Source: Obrimoposthia wandeli (Eukaryota). Taken from it: DNA of 64,000 nt. Where the stretch lies: NCBI GenBank assembly GCA_977020255.1, contig CDROCS010000321.1, forward strand, positions 1-64,000, read 5' to 3'. How positions within the stretch are numbered: position 1 is the stretch's first letter; each line of letters begins with the position of its first letter. The position numbers were made by a program, and so were the translations under genes. Positions 1 to 7,985 of the stretch are shown here, one piece after another. The notes under the pieces are model-generated. The model did not search any database. It saw only the letters and a list, made by a program, of their open reading frames with translations, and was not told the origin of the DNA.

Positions 1-59
1 TGCTCAAGTCCAATCTCTTTATACAATAAATCATACACGAAATGCAGGAATTTGAATAA

Positions 60-1346
60 ATGGCAGAAGCAATGCAGAAAGGTTCTAACATTCAATTAGA
101 CAAAGTAATTAGCGGCGATATTAATCGAGTATTTGTAGGCGTTGGTTGGCATGATTCGAACAAAGAAAAACCGCATGGAGTCGATGTTAGTGCTTTTTTT
201 GTAGGAGATAATGATAAGGTCAGAAATAATGAGGACTTTATTTTTTACAACCAACCCAATGACAACAATAATGCAATTTCACTGATAACGGCGCCTTTAA
301 ATAATCATGATTTGCAGGGGTTCAGTATTTCATTGTCTTCAATTCCGAGTAAGGTTTCAAAAATTGTTTTTTGTATAACCATAGATGAAGGGAGCTCACA
401 AGAGTCAACATTTGATTCTATCAGTAACCTGTATATCAGATTACTTGATGGCACGTTCTTAGGTAAAGAAGTACTAAATTACCAAATTTCAGATACAGGC
501 TCGCTCAAAGCTTTGATGTGCGCTCAATTGTATATTCACAATGGAAATTGGAAGTTCAAGGCCGTTGGACAAGGCTTTGATGGTGGTTTAGAGGCACTAG
601 CAAACCATTTTAATGTGACGGTCAATTCTGTTTCCGAAGAGGTGGAGGAAGAGAGTGTAGGGCTAAAGCATAAAAGAAGAAGTTCTCAAGATATTCTGGA
701 TCAATATGCTGTAAAGATGCGTTCAGAGATGTCTAGGCTCATACCTCAAGTAGATGCGGCAACAAAAAATAAGCTTAATGAATCAAATACTAGAATGTTG
801 GTTGATCGAATACTTATGGATGTTCTTGGGTATAACATTGATGAAATAAAAGCGGAACAAAATATTGAAGGGAGAAGAGCTGACTACGTACTATCAGTTG
901 GAGATAAAGAGTCATTGGTTGTTGAAGTTAAAAAAGCTGGTTTGCCGCTTAAAAGTCAGCATATATTTCAAGCAACCTCATACGGTGCTTTTTCGGGTAT
1001 TGAGTGGGTGCTACTTACTAATCTGAGAGATTGGAAACTGTTTAGAATTACTTCCGGTTCAAAAGTCGAAGCAGAACATCTATTTACTGTCACATTAAAT
1101 GATAGTTTTGATAAATCGATGAATGATAATTTTGCATTGATTTCGAGAGTCGGGATGGAGCGTCCTAGCTTATTGCTTAAAGCTTGGAATAAAGTTAATG
1201 CGCTAAGTGATAGTAACGTGATAAACGCGATCTTATCACCAGAGGTCTTGGCAAAAATAAGATCCAATATCAAAAGAGAAAGTTCAATTTCAGTAGAGAT
1301 TGAAAGTGTTCGAGATGTCGTTGAAAAATTGTTGAATATTGATTAA
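60..1346 (+). CDS. TerD-domain protein fused to a C-terminal HsdR-N-like (PD-(D/E)xK) restriction endonuclease domain
   Basis: N-terminal ~190 aa is TerD-like (VFVGVGW, DVSAF, FIFYNQ, YIHNGNWKFKAVGQGFDGGLEALANHFNV). C-terminal part has NESNTR...ILMDVLGY...E...RADY...VVEVKK...QATSY...WVLLTN, typical of HSDR_N-type nuclease domains. Confidence 0.8.
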   Translation: MAEAMQKGSNIQLDKVISGDINRVFVGVGWHDSNKEKPHGVDVSAFFVGDNDKVRNNEDFIFYNQPNDNNNAISLITAPLNNHDLQGFSISLSSIPSKVSKIVFCITIDEGSSQESTFDSISNLYIRLLDGTFLGKEVLNYQISDTGSLKALMCAQLYIHNGNWKFKAVGQGFDGGLEALANHFNVTVNSVSEEVEEESVGLKHKRRSSQDILDQYAVKMRSEMSRLIPQVDAATKNKLNESNTRMLVDRILMDVLGYNIDEIKAEQNIEGRRADYVLSVGDKESLVVEVKKAGLPLKSQHIFQATSYGAFSGIEWVLLTNLRDWKLFRITSGSKVEAEHLFTVTLNDSFDKSMNDNFALISRVGMERPSLLLKAWNKVNALSDSNVINAILSPEVLAKIRSNIKRESSISVEIESVRDVVEKLLNID

Positions 1347-1466
1347 AAGCTAATAAATGACAGCTATATATATCTTATTTTGGCATGGGTTCATTACCGT
1401 TTTTAGTATCACGGATATGAACCTATATGGTTCTAGTTTTATTGCGGGTTTATACTGTAAAAGACA

Positions 1467-1892
1467 AGAAAGAACACTTGATAGCGCTGTTTCTTAGTGC
1501 CATTGATGACTTTACTTATTTGAGCGGGCGTCAAGATGTCGGGCAGGACTTATTTGAGCGGACGTCAAGATGTCGGGCAGGCGTTTCACTTGCGGTGGTT
1601 TAACAATATTGAGCCATTCCCACTGCTTGTCGAGGGTATAACGATAGAAAAACTGCAAGCCGTTACGATCTAATTTAACGGTGCTCCAGGAATGGGTTTG
1701 GATCAGGCTATTGAAGTAGTCCTTTAAATCAGCAGTAGTTAATCCGTCTGGTGATTTATCGAAATACGCACTAATCCGTCGAACTGCACGAGAATAAGCG
1801 TCAATGGTCGCAGGTCGTTTACCTTGCAACCTTAAGTTCGTAAGGTGTTGTTCATAAAGAACATTGAATAGTTGTTGTTGTGAGTGGTTCAT
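1467..1892 (-). pseudogene. Tyrosine recombinase N-terminal (SAM-like) fragment
   Basis: MNHSQQQLFNVLYEQHLTNLRLQGKRPATIDAYSRAVR matches the 4069-4956 protein. Frameshifted by a 34-bp tandem duplication (1514-1547/1548-1581) and truncated. Confidence 0.9.
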
Positions 1893-1986
1893 ACTGATTA
1901 CTCCAATAAGGCACCACGAATGGTGATGCTATTGGTAAGTATGAACGATGGCTTATTTACTCTGCCGCGTAGCGGCTTCGTTCAAC
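1467..1986 (-). mobile_element. Truncated, diverged copy of the recombinase/IS91-like element (right end plus 5' part of the recombinase gene)
   Basis: Clear nucleotide similarity to 4565-5049; ends in GCGGCTTCGTTCAAC like the intact copy. Confidence 0.9.
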
Positions 1987-2104
1987 AAATGCATCAACAC
2001 GATTTACTACACTCGGCATCTCAGGTTGTCGGGTGTTTCTCGTTTTAAGGCGTCAATTTTAAGTATAATTGTGTAGTAGTAAACGTGTTATGCAGGCGTT
2101 ATAA
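1980..2104 (+). other. attC site (125 bp)
   Basis: R'' GTTCAAC (1980-1986), L'' CATCAACA with an extra C versus L' TGTTATG, inner arms TTTACTACAC / GTGTAGTAGTAAA, R' GTTATAA (2098-2104). Confidence 0.9.
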
Positions 2105-2129
2105 GCTTCTAGCTTCCAGAGGTATAAAA

Positions 2130-2762
2130 TTGAAGAATTATTTTGAAAGTCCTTTTGCAGGTAAGTCTCTAAAAGAGCAAGTGACGAATCCAAATATTAT
2201 AGTGGGTGAGCACAGTTATTATTCTGGTTATTATCATAACCATAGCTTCGATGATTGTGCACGTTATTTACTTGCGGATAGGACAGATATTGATCAGCTA
2301 ATTATTGGCAGTTACTGCTCAATTGGTTCTGGTGCTGTGTTTATGATGGCTGGTAATCAAGGACATCAAAATAGTTGGGTTAGTACGTTTCCATTTTTCT
2401 ACCAAGACAATGAAAACTTTGCTGATGCTAAAGATGGTTTTGAGCGTTCGGGTGATACGGTTATTGGTAATGATGTGTGGATTGGCACTGAAGCTATGAT
2501 TATGAGTGGCGTATCTATCGGAGACGGTGCAATTATCGCAAGCCGTGCAGTTGTTACTAAGGATGTTCCACCATATTCAATAGTAGGTTCAAATCCAGCA
2601 AAACATATACGAAACAGGTTCAATGATACTGAAATCATACAGCTGTTAGAGATGAAATGGTGGGAGTGGAGTGAAGAACAAATTAAGGGGGCAATGGGCT
2701 TAATGTGTTCTTCAAATATTGGTGGTCTTTATGATTATTGGAAAACGTTAGCACGCTTATAA
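2130..2762 (+). CDS. catB: Type B chloramphenicol O-acetyltransferase (CatB/xenobiotic acetyltransferase) gene cassette
   Basis: MKNYFESPF...[19 protein letters not shown]...[21 protein letters not shown]...[12 protein letters not shown] hexapeptide repeats. Likely TTG start at 2130 after an AGAGGT RBS. Cassette bounded by GTTATAAGC and GCTTATAAC. Confidence 0.92.
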   Translation: MKNYFESPFAGKSLKEQVTNPNIIVGEHSYYSGYYHNHSFDDCARYLLADRTDIDQLIIGSYCSIGSGAVFMMAGNQGHQNSWVSTFPFFYQDNENFADAKDGFERSGDTVIGNDVWIGTEAMIMSGVSIGDGAIIASRAVVTKDVPPYSIVGSNPAKHIRNRFNDTEIIQLLEMKWWEWSEEQIKGAMGLMCSSNIGGLYDYWKTLARL

Positions 2763-2811
2763 CAAATAAGAATAGGTGTCGCGCAGCCGACACCTTATTC
2801 GGGTGTTGAAC
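2757..2811. other. 55-bp attC-like hairpin (host R'' plus element left end)
   Basis: TTATAAC-AAATAA-GAATAGGTGTC-GCGCAGCC-GACACCTTATTC-GGGT-GTTGAAC; the stem has one extra base in its right arm. Confidence 0.8.
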
Positions 2812-3010
2812 AAGCCCGAGCTCTTCTTTATATAGTAAATTACGAGTTTGATCTTGATAGCACTGTCTTGGGCTAAATCCAAGACGAAAGGAAATTGAGA
2901 TAAATAACAGACCTGTTATTTATCAATTGATTAGCTAGTCTTAACCATGAAGTTCAATACCTCCAGTTCATATTCTTAATGCCATTATTCCTATTATGTT
3001 CGCCTTTCGG

Positions 3011-4072
3011 CTAGGTCGTTCGCGTGATACCAACACACCTCATTTCATGCTGACAGCAAGGACAAATACGGATTGCTTTGCTTGGTGTGGTTGCCGCGAG
3101 TAACGGCATTTTCCAATTGAACAGATGCAGTAATATGACTTGAATACGCACGCGTAACCGCTTGGCATTACCGTGTAAAAAACCATAATCTCTCACTCGC
3201 TGTAGTCCTTTTGGCAATACATGCTGCAAGATTAGCCAGAGGAATTTCAGCGTTGGTAAGATTCTGGTTTTCGTTGCTTGAGTTTGCCCGTCTTTATAGT
3301 TGAAGGTCACGGTATTATTGCTTGTGTCGATGATGTCTTTATCGGGCAATACGCCACGATATAAATAGCGTGACAGATATTGTAAGGCGGGAAGACCGTA
3401 ACCGACTTTGCGGCAATCAACGACCCATTTAGTGGGTAATGTGCCAGTGTTCGCGAGAGATAAATCAGCGTGCCGATTGATTGCATCAATCATTCTAGCT
3501 CGCCAGACTTTAGCCAGTGCAAAGGCGTTAAACAGATAGTTACTCTTACCTTTATGCCATTGGTTGCGCATTTTATTGTAGCTCCCACTGGCGACTATAA
3601 TGTGTAAGTGGGGATGTAAATTACGTTTCCTGCTGTGAGTATGCAAAACGGTGGTGAAGCCAATTTCACCGCCGTTTCTACGTTTAGCAAAATCCTTCAA
3701 TACCGATGCAGCAACTGAAAACATAGATTGATATAGCGCCTTGGATTGCGAACGCGCAAGCGTTCGTAACTCATAGGGCAAAGTGAACGTGACCATAAAA
3801 TAATGTACGGGTAGTAATTTTGATTGCTGACGCATGAGCCAATCAGAAGTGGTGCGCTGTTGGCATTGTGGACAATGGCGATGACCGCAAGAAAGTGGCA
3901 TTCGATCACCATGTTGGCAGTGATGGCAAAGCCATTGCGAGCAACCTTGGTTACTCGTTTTGCAACTGAGCATGGCGTAAATGGCGCGGCGACTATCATG
4001 TGAGAGTTGATTGCCATATTCACTTTCAAACTCTTGATGATGTTGACGAAGCAAGTCAATGAACGTACTCAT
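3011..4072 (-). CDS. IS91-family HUH (Y2) transposase
   Basis: N-terminal Zn-binding Cys cluster (SCKT...CHHC...SCGHRHCPQC), HUH motif LHPHLH, YLSRYLYRG tyrosines, RVRDYGFL, C-terminal CPCC. The ATG at 4072 overlaps the recombinase stop (ATGA). Confidence 0.92.
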   Translation of the reverse strand: MSTFIDLLRQHHQEFESEYGNQLSHDSRRAIYAMLSCKTSNQGCSQWLCHHCQHGDRMPLSCGHRHCPQCQQRTTSDWLMRQQSKLLPVHYFMVTFTLPYELRTLARSQSKALYQSMFSVAASVLKDFAKRRNGGEIGFTTVLHTHSRKRNLHPHLHIIVASGSYNKMRNQWHKGKSNYLFNAFALAKVWRARMIDAINRHADLSLANTGTLPTKWVVDCRKVGYGLPALQYLSRYLYRGVLPDKDIIDTSNNTVTFNYKDGQTQATKTRILPTLKFLWLILQHVLPKGLQRVRDYGFLHGNAKRLRVRIQVILLHLFNWKMPLLAATTPSKAIRICPCCQHEMRCVGITRTT

Positions 4073-4956
4073 TTCAAGCTCCAATCTAACGCTAACTTGT
4101 CAGCAAGGTGATTAATAGCGACCGCTGCATCTCGCTGTTTAAGTTGGGTTAGCTGCGTATATCGAGCGGTAGTATTGAGACTGGCATGACCAAGTAACAC
4201 TTGCAGCGAACGTAAGTCTAAACCATTTTCCAGCAAGTGAGTCGCAAAGCAATGACGTAGCGAATGGGGGCTAACGAGTTTATTGATATTACAATCACGT
4301 AAAACTTGTTTGATGGCTTTTTGAATGCCACCTTTATCCATCGGCGAGTTCATGCCGTTGCCAAGTCCAGGGAATATCAATCGTGCGTGATGGTGCGTTT
4401 GCCAATGACTGCGTAGCGCGTGCAGGGTTCGTTTTGGCAATGGCACCAATCTATCTTTGCCGCCTTTAGCTTCGCGGATATGCACTTGCATGGTCTGGCT
4501 ATCGATGTCATGAACCGTCAGGTTTAAGCCTTCACTTAAACGCAGACCCATGCTGTAAAGGGTGAGAAAGAACACTTGATAGCGCTGTTTCTTAGTGCCA
4601 TTGATGACTTTACTTATTTGCGCTGGCGTCAAGATATCGGGCAGACGTTTAACCTGTGGAGGTTTGACGATGTTGAGCCATTCCCATTGTTTATCAAGCG
4701 TGTAGCGATAGAAAAACTGCAAGCCGTTACGGTCTAATTTAATGGTGCTCCAAGAGTGAGTTTGGATAAGACTGTTAAAGTAATCCTTTAAATCAGCCGT
4801 TGTTAATCCATCGGGAGACTTATCAAAGTAAGCCGAAATACGTCGAACCGCACGAGAATAGGCATCAATAGTCGCTGGTCGTTTACCTTGCAGCCTTAAA
4901 TTGATAAGGTGTTGTTCATAAAGAAAATTAAATCGTTGCTGGTGTGAAGTGTTCAT
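4069..4956 (-). CDS. Tyrosine recombinase (phage-integrase family with N-terminal SAM-like domain)
   Basis: Catalytic set intact: GLRLSE (R), KGGK (K), HSLRH (HxxR), LLGH (H), TARY (Y). Lacks the IntI-specific insertion. Confidence 0.92.
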   Translation of the reverse strand: MNTSHQQRFNFLYEQHLINLRLQGKRPATIDAYSRAVRRISAYFDKSPDGLTTADLKDYFNSLIQTHSWSTIKLDRNGLQFFYRYTLDKQWEWLNIVKPPQVKRLPDILTPAQISKVINGTKKQRYQVFFLTLYSMGLRLSEGLNLTVHDIDSQTMQVHIREAKGGKDRLVPLPKRTLHALRSHWQTHHHARLIFPGLGNGMNSPMDKGGIQKAIKQVLRDCNINKLVSPHSLRHCFATHLLENGLDLRSLQVLLGHASLNTTARYTQLTQLKQRDAAVAINHLADKLALDWSLK

Positions 4957-5042
4957 ACTGAATCTCCAATGTCACCACCCTAATGGTGATGCTATTGGTA
5001 AGTATGAACGATGGCTTATTTACTCCGCCGCGCAGCGGCTTC

Positions 5043-5141
5043 GTTCAACAAGTTACTCAAACGGACGCTAAACAGTTGGCTAGCACTCGTTCCTCGTACA
5101 TTTTAGCCAACAATTTCGCGCCGCTTAATAAGGCGTTATGA
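5043..5141 (+). other. attC site (99 bp)
   Basis: R'' GTTCAAC, inner arms GTTGGCTA / TAGCCAAC, ends ...CCGCTTAATAAGGC GTTATGA; R' contains the ATG of the next cassette. Confidence 0.88.
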
Positions 5142-5668
5142 GTATTGGAGATTCCGTGGTATTCAAATATTTTCGTGATCCTGAAAATTTTGCATTTAAG
5201 ATTGATTCAGAATCAACATGTTCGATATGTGATAAGTCTGGCATATGGCTAGATGCTGAAGGTTACAGTGGCATAAATGAAATCAAGTGTATTTGTGATG
5301 AATGCCTTTCAGTCGGAAAATTGCTTCCTTTGGAAATATCAGCCAATCAGGTTGATATTGAGTCCAAAAATTCAGATGAAATTATCTATCGAACACCTGC
5401 TTTACCAAGTTGGCAAGATCAAGTATGGCCATACTTAGATGAAGACTATTGTGTTTTTGAAAAGCTTGCTTCTAAATTAGATTTTTTAGATAAAAATCAA
5501 TTTAAACAGTCATTTTCAGACATTGACCAAAAAACTTCCGATCTTGATTGGCTTTGGGATATGTTGCCAGATACTATTGTTTCAAATTTGGAAGATGGTA
5601 ACTATGATGTTTCTGTATATTTGTTTTCTAGAAATGACATAAAGCATTGTACTTGGGATGCGAATTAA
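5138..5668 (+). CDS. CbrC/UPF0167-family protein gene cassette
   Basis: FKYFRDP, CSIC, CICDECL, RTPALPSWQ motifs; bounded by GTTATGAG and CTCATAAC. Confidence 0.7.
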   Translation: MSIGDSVVFKYFRDPENFAFKIDSESTCSICDKSGIWLDAEGYSGINEIKCICDECLSVGKLLPLEISANQVDIESKNSDEIIYRTPALPSWQDQVWPYLDEDYCVFEKLASKLDFLDKNQFKQSFSDIDQKTSDLDWLWDMLPDTIVSNLEDGNYDVSVYLFSRNDIKHCTWDAN

Positions 5669-5671
5669 TAC

Positions 5672-5726
5672 TCATAACAAATAAGAATAGGTGTCGCGCA
5701 GCCGACACCTTATTCGGGTGTTGAAC
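5672..5726. other. Second 55-bp attC-like hairpin (host R'' plus element left end)
   Basis: After TCATAAC the sequence is identical to 2764-2811. Confidence 0.8.
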
Positions 5727-5928
5727 AAGCCCGAGCTCTTCTTTATATAGTAAATAACGTGTTTGATCTTGATGGGCACTTCGTCTTGGGGCTAAATCCA
5801 AGACGAGCGAAATTGAGATAAATAACAGATCTGTTATTTATCAATTAATTAGCCAGTCTTAACCATGAAGTTCAATACCTCCAGTTCATATTCTTAATGC
5901 CATTATCCTTATTATGTTCGCCTTTCGG

Positions 5929-6395
5929 CTAGGTCGTTCGCGTGATACCAACGCACTTCATTTCATGCTGACAGCAAGGGCAAATACGTATTGCTTTGCT
6001 TGGTGTTGTTGCTGCGAGTAACGGCATTTTCCAATTGAACAGATGCAGTAATATGATTTGAATACGCATTCTCAGCCGTTTGGCATTACCGTGTAAAAAA
6101 CCATAATCTCTCACTCGCTGTAGTCCTTTTGGCAACACATGCTGCAAGATTAGCCAGAGGAATTTCAGCGTTGGTAAGATTCTGGTTTTTGTTGCTTGAG
6201 TTTGCCCGTCTTTATAGTTGAAGGTCACGGTATTATTGCTTGTGTTAATGATGTCTTTATCGGGCAATACGCCCCGATATAAATAGCGTGACAGATATTG
6301 TAAGGCGGGAAGACCGTAACCGACTTTGCGGCAATCAACGACCCATTTAGTGGGTAATGTGCCAGTGTTCGCGAGAGATAAATCAGCGTACTCAT
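5929..6395 (-). pseudogene. IS91-family transposase pseudogene
   Basis: ~595-bp deletion joining copy-1 positions 3469 and 4064 through a CGT microhomology; removes the Zn-binding and HUH motifs. Confidence 0.9.
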
Positions 6396-7310
6396 TTCAA
6401 GCTCCAATCTAACGCTAACTTGTCAGCAAGGTGATTAATAGCGACCGCTGCATCTCGCTGTTTAAGTTGGGTTAGCTACGTATATCGAGCGGTAGTATTG
6501 AGACTGGCATGACCAAGTAACACTTGCAGCGAACGTAAGTCTAAACCATTTTCCAGCAAGTGAGTCGCAAAGCAATGAGGGGGCTAACGAGTTTATTGAT
6601 ATTACAATCACGTAAAACTTGTTTGATGGCTTTTTCCTCTTATTTCAAAAAAATCCGCCTTTATCCATCGGCGAGTTCATTCCATTACCGAGTCCAGGGA
6701 AGATTAATCGCGCATGATGATGGGTTTGCCAATGGATTCGGAGTGCGTTCAGTGTTCGTTTGGGCAATGGCACTAATCTATCTTTACCGCCCTTAGCATC
6801 GCGGATATGGACTTGCATAGTTTGGCTATCAATATCATGAATAGTCAGATTTAAACCTTCACTTAAACGCAGACCCATGCTGTAAAGGGTGAGAAAGAAC
6901 ACTTGATAGCGCTATTTCTTAGTGCCATTGATGACTTTACTTATTTGCGCTGGGGCCAAGATATCGGGTAGGCGTCTACCATTATCTGAAAATAAGGCGG
7001 CGGCTTAACGATATTGAGCCATTCCCATTGTTACTCTTTTTTGCAATATGAGCGTGTAACGGTAGAAAAACTGCAAGCCGTTACGGTCTAATTTAATGGT
7101 GCTCCAAGAGTGAGTTTGGATAAGACTGTTAAAGTAATCCTTTAAATCAGCAGTTGTTAATCCATCGGGAGACTTATCAAAGTAAGCCGAAATACGTCGA
7201 ACCGCACGAGAATAGGCATCAATAGTCGCTGGTCGTTTACCTTGCAGCCTTAAATTGATAAGGTGTTGTTCATAAAGAAAATTAAATCGTTGCTGGTGTG
7301 AAGTGTTCAT
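6392..7310 (-). pseudogene. Tyrosine recombinase pseudogene
   Basis: ~10-bp deletion in the HSLR codons plus several short insertions (near 6635, 6980 and 7035) split it into three ORF pieces. Confidence 0.9.
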
Positions 7311-7397
7311 ACTGAATCTCCAATGTCACCACCCTAATGGTGATGCTATTGGTAAGTATGACTGGTGGGGGTAATTACTCCGCCGCGTAGCGGCTTC

Positions 7398-7452
7398 GTT
7401 CAACAAGAAATTCCTGCAGACGCCTACGGCGCAGCTGAATTTGGCGTTATGT
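7398..7452 (+). other. attC site (55 bp)
   Basis: GTTCAAC-AAGAA-ATTCCTGC-AGACGCCTACGGCGCA-GCTGAAT-TTGGC-GTTATGT. Confidence 0.85.
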
Positions 7453-7475
7453 ACTAAAGCGAAAGAGGGAATTTA

Positions 7476-7874
7476 ATGATACCACAAACAGCAAAAATGA
7501 GAGTCGCTAGACCAACGGATAATCTTGATAAAATCACAGATATGTATGTGAATGGTTTAGGTTTTCAGTTATTAGGGGCTTTTGAAAATCATAATGGTTT
7601 TGATGGTTCAATCATTGGACATGAGAAGCATAGCTACCATTTAGAGTTTACTCATCATAAAGGTAAGGTGGTAGGTAAAGCACCAACTCAAGATAATTTG
7701 CTTGTGTTCTATTTTTCAGACGACAACACATGGAAGGAATGCTGTAAAAAAATGGTGTCAGCTGGTTTTTTAGTTGTTCCCTCCTACAATAATTATTGGG
7801 ATGTAGTTGGTAAAACGTTTGAAGATATGGATGGCTATAGAGTTGTCCTTCAAAATAGAGAATGGAGTGTATAA
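7476..7874 (+). CDS. VOC-family (YycE-like glyoxalase) gene cassette
   Basis: MRVARPTDNL...GLGF...NHNGFDG...YHLEFT...QDNLLVFY...TFEDMDGYRVVL; follows an attC R'. Confidence 0.85.
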   Translation: MIPQTAKMRVARPTDNLDKITDMYVNGLGFQLLGAFENHNGFDGSIIGHEKHSYHLEFTHHKGKVVGKAPTQDNLLVFYFSDDNTWKECCKKMVSAGFLVVPSYNNYWDVVGKTFEDMDGYRVVLQNREWSV

Positions 7875-7879
7875 AAAGC

Positions 7880-7956
7880 ATCGCCATCAAAAGTCGCTTC
7901 CCGTTTACCTTGCAGTCTTAAATTGATAAAGTGTTGTTCATAAATAAAATTAAATC
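7880..7956 (-). mobile_element. Remnant of the element recombinase 5' region
   Basis: Degenerate match to 4860-4935 (gtcgct...cgtttaccttgcagtcttaaattgataaagtgttgttcataaa). Confidence 0.75.
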
Positions 7957-7985
7957 TAAGTGTAGATATCTTAAAAGGAACAACA

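Larger units (their letters stand above)
2764..5049 (-). mobile_element. Intact IS91-family-like element with an upstream tyrosine recombinase (2286 bp), inserted after AAC of an attC R'' box
   Basis: Boundaries deduced from the shared left end (AAATAAGAATAGG..., also at 5679) and right end (...GCGGCTTCGTTCAAC, also at 1986 and 7404), each next to different flanks. Confidence 0.88.
5679..7404 (-). mobile_element. Internally deleted second copy of the recombinase/IS91-like element (1726 bp), both ends intact
   Basis: Same left and right termini as 2764-5049. Confidence 0.9.

Noticed and set aside
2085-2129. N-terminal extension of CatB in the ORF track
   Set aside because: It starts inside the attC; the TTG at 2130 has an RBS and gives the family-typical MKNYFESPF start.
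2899-2924. dif/Xer site
   Set aside because: The palindrome has no resemblance to XerC/XerD arms with a 6-bp spacer.
4069-4956. Calling the tyrosine recombinase an integron integrase (intI)
   Set aside because: It lacks the IntI-specific insertion (no WxWVFP...RRHH segment), is coupled by ATGA to an IS91 transposase, is multi-copy, and has no attI beside it.
2811-5141. Treating the element as an ordinary gene cassette from GTTGAAC to its downstream attC
   Set aside because: A true cassette carries the same downstream attC in each copy. Here the downstream attCs differ and the upstream hairpin is the constant part.
2757-5726. Identical palindromic 48-bp repeats as a CRISPR array
   Set aside because: Only two intact copies 2.9 kb apart, no short spacers and no cas genes; they are element termini.
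1980-7452. Group IIC-attC intron or IS1111-attC as the attC invader
   Set aside because: No reverse transcriptase or IS110-type DEDD transposase is encoded.
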